Shown here one piece after another: positions 24,932 to 35,503 of a stretch of 38,035 nucleotides of DNA. Source of the stretch: a virus; UHGV virus genome UHGV-0072754. One strand, 5' to 3'. A program made the translations under genes and the position numbers. Every line of letters starts with the position of its first letter. Positions within the stretch are counted from its first letter, which is position 1. The notes beneath the pieces are model-generated. The model saw nothing but the letters and a program-made list of their open reading frames with translations. It was not told where the DNA came from and made no database searches.

Positions 24932-27900
24932 ATGGCTACGTTGCGCGAACTGATCATCAAGATATCCGCCAATTCACAGTCTTTCCAGACAGAGATTTCA
25001 CGCGCCTCGCGAATGGGGCAGGATTATTATCGGACTATGCAAAATGGTGGCCGTCAGGCCGCCGCTGCCGCGCGTGAAAGCGAAAGAGCGTTATCCGATC
25101 TGACTAACGGTTTTGCCTCTGCAGGAAGGGCTGCTGCTGCAGCTACGGCAGCATTTGCAACGGGCAAGCTTGTACAAATCGCCGATGAGTGGAATTCCGT
25201 AAACGCGCGCCTCAAGCAGGCATCATCCTCTGCTGATGATTTTGCTGCTTCCCAGCGTCAGTTAATGGAAATCAGTCAAAGAACAGGCACGGCGTTTTCC
25301 GATAACGCAAACCTTTTTTCACGCGCAGCTGCTTCAATGCGAGAATACGGGTATAGCTCTGACGAAGTTCTGAAAATTACAGAGGCTGTTTCAACCGGTC
25401 TTAAGCTTTCCGGGGCAAATACGCAGGAGGCAAGCTCGGTTATAACCCAATTCAGCCAGGCTCTGGCGCAAGGTGTTCTTCGCGGTGAAGAATTTAACGC
25501 GGTTAACGAAGCGGGTGATCGGGTAATCCGAGCTCTGGCCGCCGGAATGGGCGTGGCTCGAAAAGACCTGAAAAGTATGGCTGATCAGGGGCAACTTACT
25601 ATTGATAAGGTTGTTCCGGCGTTAATGAGCCAACTCGGTGCATTGCAGGGTGAATTTGCCAGCATGCCGCAAACCGTATCCGGGTCCCTACAAAAAGTAA
25701 CAAACTCATTCATGGCCTGGGTTGGTGGTGTCAATCAGGCTACTGGGGCTACCGATGCGTTGTCTGGTGGGCTGGACGGTATCGCACAGACGCTTGATTC
25801 TTTTACATCATCAGCAGTTAGCGGTGCTCTCAGTGAAGTTGCTGACAATATGTCCACCATAACAACAGTTGCTGGAGCGCTAGTTGGCGTTGGGTTAGCA
25901 AAATACCTCAGCGGAGTTGTAACCAGTGCCACGAGTGCAACAGGTGCGTTAATTTCAGCTGCGAAATCAGAGGTTGCTCTTGCAGTCGCGCAGGATAAAG
26001 CGGCGCAGTCTGCTGTTGCGGCTTCCAGGGCTGAAGTTTATCGGGCTCAGCAAGCAGTACAGAGTTCAAGAAGTGCAGATGTTCAGGCGGCTCAGCAAGA
26101 AAAAGTCGCGGCGGCTGAAGCAAAAGTCACTGCGGCCCATACCAGACTTACGACCGCTCTTGCCAGCGGTACAGCTACGGAAAAGGTGCGAGCCAGAACA
26201 GCACTTGAACGCGCGCAGGCAGGGCTGGTAGCAGCTAAAAATGCCGACGCTCAGGCTGTAGCTGAAAGGCGTCTGGCTGCCGCTCAGGCTGCTTTAAACC
26301 GTAACATCTCAAATCGTGTTTCGACCCAAAGTAATCTCAATAGTGTGACATCTGTCGGCACTCGGCTCATGAGTGGTGCCCTTGGACTTATTGGCGGCGT
26401 ACCGGGTTTGGTGATGCTCGGGGCAGGTGCCTGGTATGCGATGTATCAGAATCAGGAGCAGGCTCGGCGTTCTGCTCAGGAATATGCCAGTCAAATCGAC
26501 GAGATACGAGAAAAAACTTCCCGCATGTCTTTGTCTGAAACAGACGATAATAGGGGGAGGACTGTTGGTGCTCTGGTAGAGCAAAATCGTCTGATTAATG
26601 AGCAAGCCAAAAAGGTTGGTGAGCTGAAGACCCAGATCGATGATTTGAACGCATCGCGTGGAAAGCCGGGCATTAACAGCGAGAACGATGCAAATATACT
26701 GAGAGCGATAGCTATTGTTACTGATCAACTTGCTGTTGAAGAGGGAAAATTAAATGACATGCGAGATAAATCTCGCGGCATACAGCAGGCTCTCGAAGAA
26801 ATTGAACGGCGTCGTAATGATTTAATTCGCGAACAAGCCTGGCGACAGAATGCGGTATATCAGTCGATGATCATGATGAATGGTCAGCATACTGAATTTA
26901 ACCGCCTGTTGGGGCTAGGTAACCAACTTCTTATGGCGCGTCAGGGGCTGGCTAACGTCCCGCTCAGACTTCCACAGGCAGATCTTGACAAAAAGCAAAC
27001 CGATGCCCTCGAAAAGAGCCGTCGGGATCTGGAGTTGTCACGCCTGAAGGGTGAGGCCAAAGAACGTTTACGGTTGAGTTATGCCGCCGATGACCTGGGA
27101 TTAACCAGTGAACCGCAATTCCAGACAGCCCGTCAGGAGTTGATAAATAACGGTCTTATGGAATGGAAAAATAATGAGACCAACAAGCCCAGGGCAAAAG
27201 GTGGTAAAACCGAAGGCGAAAAAACAGAGGATGTTTATAAACGCCTTATAAAGCAGCAAAAAGAGCAGATCGCCTTGCAGGGTCAAAATACCGAACTGGC
27301 AAAACTGAAATACCAGGTTAGCCAGGGCGAACTGGCGACGTTGACAGCGTCCCAGAAGCAGACCCTTTTGCAGAATGCCGCGCTTATTGATCAGCAGAAA
27401 ATTCGTGAGCAACTGGCAGCATATGAAGCAAACCTTGCTGATGCCAACGCCAGCTCGCGTGCATCAAATCAAGCTGAGCTCACTGGATACGGGCAGGGGA
27501 GCCGTACGCGTGAGCGTATGCAGGAAATGCTGCGTATCAGGGAGGAATTTCAGCAGAAAAACGTTGACCTTCAGCGCCAGTATCAGTCCGGTGATATCTC
27601 TGAGGAACTGTATCGCCAGGAGCTGGCACTGAATAAACGTTATCTCGATGAACGCTTACGCGATCAGGCGGGTTTCTACGCTGCGTCTGATGCCCAAAGA
27701 AGTGACTGGGCTGCTGGGATGCGGGAGGGCTTTGCTAACTGGGTAGATACTGCTTCCGATTACGCCTCACAGTCAGCAGACCTGGTGAACAATACCATGT
27801 CTGGGCTGGTGGGGAATATTTCTGAAGCGCTGGCCGGTAACAAAGTTGACTGGGAGGACTGGTCAAAATCGGTACTGGCATCCATGCAGAAAATTATCCT

Positions 27901-28414
27901 TAACGCGATGATCGTCAATTCGCTGCAGTCTTCTATGGGCGGTGGTGGATTCCTGGGCGGATTGTTTGGCGGCTCTGCTGGTGGATCAACACCGTCAGGT
28001 TCTTACAACTCTGCGGCATCAGGTCTTCAGCTCAACGCTAAGGGGGGCGCTTACGCTTCCGCCAGCCTCAGTGCTTACAGTAACAGCATTGTCAGATCAC
28101 CGACATACTTTGCTTTTGCGAAAGGCGCTGGGCTGATGGGGGAGGCAGGCCCGGAAGCCATCATGCCGCTAACGCGATCTGCAGATGGTTCACTTGGCGT
28201 TCGGGTAACAGGAGCTCAAATGGCCCCAGGAGGCGGCGGAGAAATCCATATCACCCAGCATATCAATGTTTCTGGTAACGGTGACGCCGCGCTTAATCGT
28301 GCCATGCAGGAGGCCGCGCGTCAGGGAGCTGCCGATGGTGCTAAAAAAGCGCGTCAGGACATGCTGAGTGATTTTCAGACCAACGGTCAGGCCAGGAGGA
28401 TGCTTGGCGTTTAA
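24932..28414 (+). CDS. Tail tape measure protein (1160 aa)
   Basis: Very long, Ala/Gln-rich coiled-coil protein with Gly-rich C-terminal region; canonical position. Confidence 0.9.
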   Translation: MATLRELIIKISANSQSFQTEISRASRMGQDYYRTMQNGGRQAAAAARESERALSDLTNGFASAGRAAAAATAAFATGKLVQIADEWNSVNARLKQASSSADDFAASQRQLMEISQRTGTAFSDNANLFSRAAASMREYGYSSDEVLKITEAVSTGLKLSGANTQEASSVITQFSQALAQGVLRGEEFNAVNEAGDRVIRALAAGMGVARKDLKSMADQGQLTIDKVVPALMSQLGALQGEFASMPQTVSGSLQKVTNSFMAWVGGVNQATGATDALSGGLDGIAQTLDSFTSSAVSGALSEVADNMSTITTVAGALVGVGLAKYLSGVVTSATSATGALISAAKSEVALAVAQDKAAQSAVAASRAEVYRAQQAVQSSRSADVQAAQQEKVAAAEAKVTAAHTRLTTALASGTATEKVRARTALERAQAGLVAAKNADAQAVAERRLAAAQAALNRNISNRVSTQSNLNSVTSVGTRLMSGALGLIGGVPGLVMLGAGAWYAMYQNQEQARRSAQEYASQIDEIREKTSRMSLSETDDNRGRTVGALVEQNRLINEQAKKVGELKTQIDDLNASRGKPGINSENDANILRAIAIVTDQLAVEEGKLNDMRDKSRGIQQALEEIERRRNDLIREQAWRQNAVYQSMIMMNGQHTEFNRLLGLGNQLLMARQGLANVPLRLPQADLDKKQTDALEKSRRDLELSRLKGEAKERLRLSYAADDLGLTSEPQFQTARQELINNGLMEWKNNETNKPRAKGGKTEGEKTEDVYKRLIKQQKEQIALQGQNTELAKLKYQVSQGELATLTASQKQTLLQNAALIDQQKIREQLAAYEANLADANASSRASNQAELTGYGQGSRTRERMQEMLRIREEFQQKNVDLQRQYQSGDISEELYRQELALNKRYLDERLRDQAGFYAASDAQRSDWAAGMREGFANWVDTASDYASQSADLVNNTMSGLVGNISEALAGNKVDWEDWSKSVLASMQKIILNAMIVNSLQSSMGGGGFLGGLFGGSAGGSTPSGSYNSAASGLQLNAKGGAYASASLSAYSNSIVRSPTYFAFAKGAGLMGEAGPEAIMPLTRSADGSLGVRVTGAQMAPGGGGEIHITQHINVSGNGDAALNRAMQEAARQGAADGAKKARQDMLSDFQTNGQARRMLGV

Positions 28415-28421
28415 ATAAGGA

Positions 28422-29021
28422 GTGACTATGTCTGTGCTTGAATGGCCTGAAGATGTATGTCCGGCGTCGCTGACGTGGCGGCCGGAAAGTAACACAAAAA
28501 CATTTCGTTCCCCGTTTAATGGTGCATCACAGACCGTCCGTTTCCCCGGTACCCGCTGGATCTGTTCCCTGACGTTTAGCAACCTTACAGATGATAAATC
28601 CCGGCGCATTGATGCGCTGGTGGCCGATCTGGATGGTGAATATGGCAGGGTGAAGATCCGGGACTGGGGGAGGATAGGCAGGACGCCAGCCGGAAACCCG
28701 GTGGTTTCTGACGCGAACCAGACCGGTACGCAGCTCGGAAGTAAGGGCTGGACACCCGGCACACTGGTACTGCGCACCGGTGATTACTTTACCGTTAATG
28801 ACGAGCTGAAGATGGTCACCGCTGATGTGACCAGCACTGCTGCAGGAACTGCCGTTATTCCTTTTGCGCCTATGCTGCGCGCCTCTCCCCCGGCTAACGG
28901 AAAAATCGAAGTCGCTAAGCCATACGGCATTTTCAAGCTGAAGGATAACCAGCAGGGGGCAGGTAACCGCGTGCCGGGCATTTTTACCAGCTACACGCTG
29001 GAGTTTGAGGAGGCTTTCTGA
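28422..29021 (+). CDS. Minor tail protein (gpM-like region)
   Basis: First gene after tape measure; weak recalled resemblance to lambda M. Confidence 0.55.
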   Translation: MTMSVLEWPEDVCPASLTWRPESNTKTFRSPFNGASQTVRFPGTRWICSLTFSNLTDDKSRRIDALVADLDGEYGRVKIRDWGRIGRTPAGNPVVSDANQTGTQLGSKGWTPGTLVLRTGDYFTVNDELKMVTADVTSTAAGTAVIPFAPMLRASPPANGKIEVAKPYGIFKLKDNQQGAGNRVPGIFTSYTLEFEEAF

Positions 29022-29605
29022 TGCTGTATTCACCGTTTTCTGATTCGATGGTGGACTGGCTATCCCGCGACAGGGTTACCGCCGTGCTGGCGGCCAATGT
29101 CCAGTTTGAGTCCGGTACCGCCTACGTGCATTCCGGTACCGGCACGCTGGTGCTGGGTGGTTATGTCTATTACGGCATGGGGACAATGGGCGCCATCGAC
29201 GATGTAGGCGAAACCAACACAACAAGCCCGACGCAGCTCAGGATGACGCTATCCGGGCTGGATATGTCGCTGTTTGCCAAAACGCTCAATGAGCGCTGTG
29301 TGGGAAGGCCTGCAGAGCTGTATCTGGTGGCTATGGATGATAACGGCGTCGTTCAGGTGGCCGACCTTATTTTTAAGGGGCGGGTTTCCGGCACCGGGGC
29401 AACGGCGGGTGAAACGAATGCCCTGCAGTACACCGTCAGTAATATTTTTGAGGACTGGCAGCGACCGTTCCCGGACCGCTATTCCGACGAGTCACACCAG
29501 GCCACCCAGCCAGGCGACCGCATATTTCGTTACGTCGCGCAGATGGCAGAACGTTCAATTTACTGGGGCAGCAAAAAAGATGCGCCAGGGTTTACCTATT
29601 CGTGA
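29021..29605 (+). CDS. Minor tail / tip protein
   Basis: ATGA-coupled; position. Confidence 0.55.
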   Translation: MLYSPFSDSMVDWLSRDRVTAVLAANVQFESGTAYVHSGTGTLVLGGYVYYGMGTMGAIDDVGETNTTSPTQLRMTLSGLDMSLFAKTLNERCVGRPAELYLVAMDDNGVVQVADLIFKGRVSGTGATAGETNALQYTVSNIFEDWQRPFPDRYSDESHQATQPGDRIFRYVAQMAERSIYWGSKKDAPGFTYS

Positions 29606-29611
29606 GGAAGC

Positions 29612-30010
29612 ATGAAGCATCCAGACTGGCATAACAGATTAATCGCCGTGATAAGGGCCGCTGAAAAGCGGCCTTTTTTATGGGGCGAACATGACTGCTG
29701 CCTGTTTGCGGCAGACTGCGCGGAAGCGATGACCGGGGATAATTTCGCCGACGGCTGGCGCGGGACCTACGACAGCGAAACGGGCGCAAAAAAGGCGCTG
29801 CTGCGCGGCGGCGGCTCACTTGAAAAGGTGCTGGCTAAATACCTCGCTGAAGTGCCGGTGAAGATGGCTCAGCGCGGCGATATCGCGGTAGTGGAAAACG
29901 CGGGTACCCGCTGCGCCGGGGTAATTTACGGTGGTGCAGTGTGGGTACCGGGAGAAACGGGGCTGGTTTGCCTGCGAATTAAGCCCCTTAGTGCGTGGAG
30001 GGTTCGCTGA
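29612..30010 (+). CDS. Tail tip-associated protein, possible NlpC/P60-like peptidase
   Basis: WGEHDCCLFAADC resembles the catalytic Cys region of NlpC/P60-type tail proteins (tentative). Confidence 0.45.
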   Translation: MKHPDWHNRLIAVIRAAEKRPFLWGEHDCCLFAADCAEAMTGDNFADGWRGTYDSETGAKKALLRGGGSLEKVLAKYLAEVPVKMAQRGDIAVVENAGTRCAGVIYGGAVWVPGETGLVCLRIKPLSAWRVR

Positions 30011-32718
30011 TGCCTGCTGCAATCCCTATCATCGCGACGGTAGCCGCTGGCGCCGCGGCGGCCAATGGAGCCTACGCTATCGCAATGGCAATCACCATTG
30101 CCGCTCAGGTCGCCACACAGATGATGACGAAAAAGCCATCACTGGGGTCTTACCGCGACACTGCAGAACGGAAGCAGGTGCTGCGCGCGGCTGCCAGCCC
30201 TAAAACGGTTGTTTATGGCAGGACCGTATCTGCAGGCACTCTGTTTTTCGCTGAAGAACAGCCTGGCGAGCAGACTGATGGCGAATGGGTTCACCTTGCC
30301 ATTACCCTGGCGGGACACCCAATATCAGGCACGGGCACCATTTACCTGGGCGATGATGATATTGGCTCGTATGGCGAGAACGCCACGTATGAAGTGCATA
30401 TCGACCGCCAGACAGCAGACCCGTTTATGCTGGAAAATTGCCCGTCGTGGAAAGATGACATGATCGGCAAGGGGATTTCCTGGCTTCGTCTGTCACTGAA
30501 ATACAATGCTGAGAAATTCCCGTCCGGCATCCCGAACGTGAAGGTTGAGAAGACGGGCAGGAAAGTATACGACCCGCGCACAGGCCGCACGGAGTACAGC
30601 AACAATCTGGCGCTGTGCGTGCTCGACTATTACCGGAGTTACCTGAAAGTCGCTGATGCTGATATTAACTGGGATCAGTTTCAGGAGGCGGCCAACATCT
30701 GCGACGAGCTGGTGACTAACGGCGACGGCACGACGGAAAAACGTTACACGCTTAACGGGGAATTTGACCTTAGCGAAAATAAGGCGAGCATTCTTGAGGC
30801 GATGCTGACAGCTGGTGCAGCGGAGCCAACCTACATCGCCGGTAAACATGGCATCCTCGTTGGCGCGTATTACGGCCCCGCAACCGAAATTATCACCGAG
30901 AGTCAGCTGGCCGGCGATATCGAGATCATGCCTGAGGTGTCACAGTCAGAGCGCGTTAACACCATCAGCGGTACGTTTGTCGATCCTAAACAGACCTACT
31001 CTGAAGCCGATTTTCCCTCAGTATCTGTCAGCGAGTGGGTAACCGAAGACGGCGTGGAGATATCGCAGGATCTTAAGCTGCGTTTCGTTACGTCTGAATT
31101 TCAGGCTCAGCGTCTGTCGGACATCAAGCTCAAGCGGACCCGCATTTCCCGCACAATGAATCTCACACTTAACCTGAGCGGGTATCGTTACCGTCCAGGT
31201 ATGTACGTAAAAGTTAATTTCCCTTCTCTTGGGATCGTTAACGTTGAGATGCGCGTGACAGACTGGAAATTTGGCGTGCAGAACGGCGTGCAAATTACAC
31301 TGAAGCAGGAAACTGCTGACGTGTGGGGTGATGCCATCGGTAAGCCCATAGATCGCCCCGATTTTACCAATCTCCCGCTGGGTGGGGTGGCGCAGCCTCA
31401 GAATCTGAAGTACACCGTGGAGGAAATAGGTCAGGTGGTGCAGGGCGTTCTCTCATGGCAGAACATCGGGCAGTTTGTCTATAACCAGGTTGTCATTCGC
31501 AGGAATGGCCACCCGGTGCTCACAGCACAGGTTCCCGGCTCGTTCACGCGATTAACTGGCCTGCTGCAGGATACTTACACAGCCCACGTCACCGCCGTTA
31601 ATCAGATGGGGGCAGCTTCGCCAGAGGCATATCTTGAATTCAGCATTGAGGCACCGCCTCCGCCGTCAGGTGTCACTGTAGAGCAGGCATTTTTTGCCGT
31701 GATGCTTATTCCCCGCCTCGCAGCCGTGACAAACGTCTCCACCCAGTTCGATTTCTGGACGTCAGGTGAGCAGCAGCTTGCCAATACAGATACGGCGACC
31801 GTGGAGGCCGAAGCCACGCGCGCGGGTATTGGCACGACGTGGACAAGCCACAACCTGAAAAATGGACATACCTATTACTGGTATATCAGAACCATCAACG
31901 CGTTTGGTGCGTCTGCCTTCGTCGAGGTGGCCGCGCTGTGCCAGACCGAAACCGGTGAACTCATCGACATTATTGATGATGCCGTGCGTGACTCTGATGC
32001 TTTCAAAAATGTTTCTGAAGGCGTGGACACCAACCTCGAAGCAGCCATGCAGAATTCCCTGGCAAATCACGGAACGGTTGAACACCAGTATCAGCAGTAC
32101 GGGGAGGTGCGCGCTGATATCCTGGTTGTTAAAACAACGGTCGCAGAAGTGGATAAAGGCCTTGCAGACCTGTCTACCTATGTGCAGGCCCAGGTAGGGG
32201 ATTTGACCGCCGCTGTTAACCAGAAATTGACGGCAGAAGTAAACAGTGATGGAACGGGAAAGGCGTCCTATACGCTCAACCTTGGGATAGTCAGAAGTGG
32301 GGTGAAGTACAACACTGGTTTCGGGATGTCTATTGAGCCATCTGGCGGGTCTTACAAATCCACAGTGGTCTTTGCTGCTGACCAGTTTGGTATCTACTCG
32401 GGAAGCGATCCGGGAAATTACCAGGCTGCTTTTTTTGTCTATAACGGCCAGGTGTTCATCCGTGATGCCTTTATCCAGGACGGCAGCATTACTAACGCGA
32501 AGATTGGTAATTACATCCGCTCATCAAACTATGTGGCAGGTCCTGGTGGTGCCGGGTGGAATATTGATAAGGGCGGGAATTGTGAGCTGCACGGCGCGCT
32601 GTATGCCGCCAGCGGTAATTTTGCGTTCACCGGGAATGGCAATGGCGTCACCATTGACGGAAGGGGCGTAAGAATTGATCTCGGTGGCGGGAACCTGATT
32701 GTTCTTGGAGAGTGGTAA
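30010..32718 (+). CDS. Host specificity / central tail fibre protein, lambda J-like (902 aa)
   Basis: Recalled similarity to lambda J C-proximal region (HVTAVNQMGAASPEAYLEFSIEAPPPPS; VSTQFDFWTSGEQQ; GHTYYWYIRTINAFGASAFVEVAA); hydrophobic Gly/Ala-rich N-terminus. Confidence 0.8.
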   Translation: MPAAIPIIATVAAGAAAANGAYAIAMAITIAAQVATQMMTKKPSLGSYRDTAERKQVLRAAASPKTVVYGRTVSAGTLFFAEEQPGEQTDGEWVHLAITLAGHPISGTGTIYLGDDDIGSYGENATYEVHIDRQTADPFMLENCPSWKDDMIGKGISWLRLSLKYNAEKFPSGIPNVKVEKTGRKVYDPRTGRTEYSNNLALCVLDYYRSYLKVADADINWDQFQEAANICDELVTNGDGTTEKRYTLNGEFDLSENKASILEAMLTAGAAEPTYIAGKHGILVGAYYGPATEIITESQLAGDIEIMPEVSQSERVNTISGTFVDPKQTYSEADFPSVSVSEWVTEDGVEISQDLKLRFVTSEFQAQRLSDIKLKRTRISRTMNLTLNLSGYRYRPGMYVKVNFPSLGIVNVEMRVTDWKFGVQNGVQITLKQETADVWGDAIGKPIDRPDFTNLPLGGVAQPQNLKYTVEEIGQVVQGVLSWQNIGQFVYNQVVIRRNGHPVLTAQVPGSFTRLTGLLQDTYTAHVTAVNQMGAASPEAYLEFSIEAPPPPSGVTVEQAFFAVMLIPRLAAVTNVSTQFDFWTSGEQQLANTDTATVEAEATRAGIGTTWTSHNLKNGHTYYWYIRTINAFGASAFVEVAALCQTETGELIDIIDDAVRDSDAFKNVSEGVDTNLEAAMQNSLANHGTVEHQYQQYGEVRADILVVKTTVAEVDKGLADLSTYVQAQVGDLTAAVNQKLTAEVNSDGTGKASYTLNLGIVRSGVKYNTGFGMSIEPSGGSYKSTVVFAADQFGIYSGSDPGNYQAAFFVYNGQVFIRDAFIQDGSITNAKIGNYIRSSNYVAGPGGAGWNIDKGGNCELHGALYAASGNFAFTGNGNGVTIDGRGVRIDLGGGNLIVLGEW

Positions 32719-32720
32719 CA

Positions 32721-33674
32721 ATGCCAAAAGGATTACGTCTTACCTACGACGACGGTGGCCCGGCAATGGAAATAACTGCCGGGCTCCGCTGCCCTTCGTT
32801 TTGCCAGAATGTTGGCGATGCCGGATCGGGCAATCAGTTCACAATCAACCAGCGAGTAGATGGAAGTCAGATCGTCCTTATTCCGCGCAATACTGTCGAC
32901 AGGTTTTGGGTGGGCACCAACCTTATACCAACAATTGTTATGCTGGATAGTTTTACCGTAAACGGCAATACCATCACCATGAATAACTGGCGTAGTGATG
33001 GGCTGGGAAGCCCTCGAACGTTTGCATCATCAATCTGGCAAATTCTTCCAGCCTCGTCAGGGAGGGGACTACTGATCAAGGACAGTACTGATTTCCTCTC
33101 AATCACCGATGCCACGATGTCGGGATACTGCGTCTGGCGCGGTACCGTCACCTTCACAGGAAGCTGGGCTACCCCAACGACAAACATCTCCCGCGACCGC
33201 TATATGGTGTTCGCCAAATGGAGTGCTGATAACGTCACCATTGAATTCGACGGCTCGAATATTATTGCGACAATAGACCATGCTGGTCTCGATCAGGATG
33301 CGACAGTTACCATGCAGATCGCTATTTTTGCCAGTGGCGTAAGCCCGACCCCGGGAAGAGGCCTGAATATCATAAAGGGTGGTGTCTGCGTGTTCTCCAC
33401 CACGCGCCGGCCGTTTGTGTACCGGAACCAGACCTACGCGCCATCATGGGGAAATACCGATATCGGGGATAGCATGATACTGCTTGGCCGCTATGGCTAT
33501 AACAGCGAGGTTTACACTGGCTGGGACTATTTGAAATGGGCGGGCCTGATCCGCAGCGGCAATCTGGTACGCGCCGGGAGGGGAAGAAATGTCGCTTCGT
33601 GGACATCGAAATACAGCGTCGTAGGACGAAGGCTGACAAGTCTATCCATCCCCGTTATTGATGCAATTTACTGA
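32721..33674 (+). CDS. Tail tip-associated protein of unknown function (317 aa; possible separate receptor-binding module)
   Basis: GGAGAG SD, ATG 3 nt after the J-like stop; no family recognised. Confidence 0.45.
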   Translation: MPKGLRLTYDDGGPAMEITAGLRCPSFCQNVGDAGSGNQFTINQRVDGSQIVLIPRNTVDRFWVGTNLIPTIVMLDSFTVNGNTITMNNWRSDGLGSPRTFASSIWQILPASSGRGLLIKDSTDFLSITDATMSGYCVWRGTVTFTGSWATPTTNISRDRYMVFAKWSADNVTIEFDGSNIIATIDHAGLDQDATVTMQIAIFASGVSPTPGRGLNIIKGGVCVFSTTRRPFVYRNQTYAPSWGNTDIGDSMILLGRYGYNSEVYTGWDYLKWAGLIRSGNLVRAGRGRNVASWTSKYSVVGRRLTSLSIPVIDAIY

Positions 33675-33675
33675 C

Positions 33676-33700
33676 AACCCGCTCCGGCGGGTTTTTTATT
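33676..33700 (+). terminator. Intrinsic terminator before tail fibre gene
   Basis: AACCCGC-tccg-GCGGGTT then TTTTTATT. Confidence 0.6.
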
Positions 33701-33721
33701 ATCTGAATTCAGGAGTCCATT

Positions 33722-35056
33722 ATGTCGGCAGGAACCATTACCCTGACAAACGGGTCCGCTATTGTTGGCGGTGCCGGAACCTCATTCGCAACCGAACTCT
33801 CCGGAGGTGATTTCATTGTTTCGACTGTGGGCGGTGTGCCCTACACGCTGCCGGTGAAAACGGTCGACAATAATACCCAGGTGACGCTGGTCAGCAACTT
33901 CACCGGGCCAACACAATCCGGCGCTGCCTGGTCAGCCGTTCCCCGCGTTGCGCTGAACATGGTAACTGCTGCGCTGGTGGCACAAAGTGCAGAAGCGCTG
34001 CGTGGACTGAATTACGACAAAAAGAACTGGCAAAGTATTTTTTCTGGAAACGGCAATGTAACAGTGACTTTGCCGAATGGGACGAAATGGACGGGACCAG
34101 CATGGAATGGCATTGCCACTACTCTCTCAGGCAAGGCGGCAAAAGGTGCAAACGATGACATTACCTCGCTAAGCGGGCTGACTACAGCGCTAAGTATTTC
34201 ACAGGGAGGGACTGGTGATAAAACTGCCGCTGGCGCTCGCAAAAACCTCGGTCTGGGAACTTCTGCAACGAAAAACACAGGAACAACGAGCAATGATGTC
34301 ATGCAGCCAGGCATGTTTGGGCTTGGTCGTCCGGATGGGGCATTAATATTCAACACAACGAGCCAGGATGATCTTCTTGTTGGATTGACAGGGTATGGGC
34401 TTACGGTTCTTCGAAATAATGCACAGATACCAGAGCCATGGAATATATGGAACTATTCACCGACAATATTTGCCCGTGCAGGTGATACGTATAGCCTTTT
34501 TTCAATGCCTTTTCAGTCATCTGGAAAAGTACGTATTTTGGGTGGCGCTGCAGGATCAGGTTGGAATCACAGCAGGATATTATACGATGATAAAAACACA
34601 GTCGTGGATAGCAATGGCTTTATAAAGAAGGCATCCCCGGTCGTCAAAATCTTCACTGATGGTAAGTATGAAACTAACGACGAATCAGAAGGCGTCACGG
34701 TCACTCGTCTGGATGTCGGGCAATATCTTATTGAAGGCTGTAAAGCACTCAATTCAGACGCTGCATGGGGAGGTATCGACGGAGGGTTTGAGATTCCCAC
34801 AGACAGGAATAAGCAACCGCTTATATGGCTGGACTACGAGGTTAACGCAGATGGCTCTGTGCTGGTAAAAACCTATCACCGCGAACATCCTTCTGCGCCA
34901 GCATTTGCCAGGAATGAGCGTGATGGATTGGCAGATGGCGAGCCGGTTGACATCCCGGCTGACCAGTTCGTCAGCGTTCGTGTAGAAATGCCAGCTGACA
35001 GCATCTGGAATAAGAAACAAGCGGAAGAGGCTTTAAAGCAGGAACAGGGCTCGTAA
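33722..35056 (+). CDS. Side tail fibre protein (444 aa)
   Basis: Conserved fibre N-terminus MSAGTITLTNGSAIVGGAGTSFATELSGGDFIV; Gly/Thr-rich shaft; AT-richer distal part. Confidence 0.75.
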   Translation: MSAGTITLTNGSAIVGGAGTSFATELSGGDFIVSTVGGVPYTLPVKTVDNNTQVTLVSNFTGPTQSGAAWSAVPRVALNMVTAALVAQSAEALRGLNYDKKNWQSIFSGNGNVTVTLPNGTKWTGPAWNGIATTLSGKAAKGANDDITSLSGLTTALSISQGGTGDKTAAGARKNLGLGTSATKNTGTTSNDVMQPGMFGLGRPDGALIFNTTSQDDLLVGLTGYGLTVLRNNAQIPEPWNIWNYSPTIFARAGDTYSLFSMPFQSSGKVRILGGAAGSGWNHSRILYDDKNTVVDSNGFIKKASPVVKIFTDGKYETNDESEGVTVTRLDVGQYLIEGCKALNSDAAWGGIDGGFEIPTDRNKQPLIWLDYEVNADGSVLVKTYHREHPSAPAFARNERDGLADGEPVDIPADQFVSVRVEMPADSIWNKKQAEEALKQEQGS

Positions 35057-35096
35057 AAAAAACCGCCGCCATTTTTCGTAAGAATGAGCGGCGGTT
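35054..35096 (-). terminator. Terminator for the leftward DinI-like gene
   Basis: On minus strand: 8-bp stem ACCGCCGC/GCGGCGGT with 18-nt loop followed by U-run. Confidence 0.45.
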
Positions 35097-35150
35097 GATT
35101 GCTCAGAGTTCATGCCCAAACAAACGTAGGGAATATTACCTGAACAAGAT

Positions 35151-35417
35151 TTACAGGCCAACCTGGCGAACGGTCGGGAACTCAGAAACCAGCCACATAT
35201 CGGACTCTTCAAACATTTCCTCCAGCATGCGGTTCAGTTTTTCCCGATCGCTTTTGCTGGCATCGCTATTCAGGCCGTTTGCCTGCATCGGCTTCACCTT
35301 CACTTCGGCATCAGGGAAAATCTGGTGCACCCGCTTCTTCAACTCGGCCAGTATGATCTCTCTGGCCCCTTCGAGCCCCTCTACATTTCGCTTGTCATAA
35401 ACCAACTCAACGAACAT
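35151..35417 (-). CDS. DinI-like damage-inducible protein (88 aa)
   Basis: C-terminus EEMFEESDMWLVSE matches the DinI signature (E. coli DinI ends ...ETWESADDWFVSE); GGAGAG SD; LexA box in promoter. Confidence 0.75.
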   Translation of the reverse strand: MFVELVYDKRNVEGLEGAREIILAELKKRVHQIFPDAEVKVKPMQANGLNSDASKSDREKLNRMLEEMFEESDMWLVSEFPTVRQVGL

Positions 35418-35460
35418 CACTCTCCATCCTTGCTGACTTGATCTGGTGAAACAAAAATAC

Positions 35461-35480
35461 TACTGTATATGCATACAGTC
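35461..35480. promoter_or_regulatory. LexA box (SOS operator) between divergent genes
   Basis: TACTGTATATGCATACAGTC, perfect CTGT-N8-ACAG palindrome; on minus strand it sits in the spacer of TTGACT-N17-TATTTT. Confidence 0.75.
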
Positions 35481-35503
35481 AATAATCAAGTGAGGGTGCT
35501 GCT

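Noticed and set aside
26309-26728. Minus-strand 139-aa ORF inside the tape measure gene
   Set aside because: Antisense to a long well-supported coding region, with no SD and atypical composition; the same applies to the other antisense track ORFs inside TerL, portal, capsid, J and the GT gene (for example 14100..14441, 17304..17723, 21277..21690).
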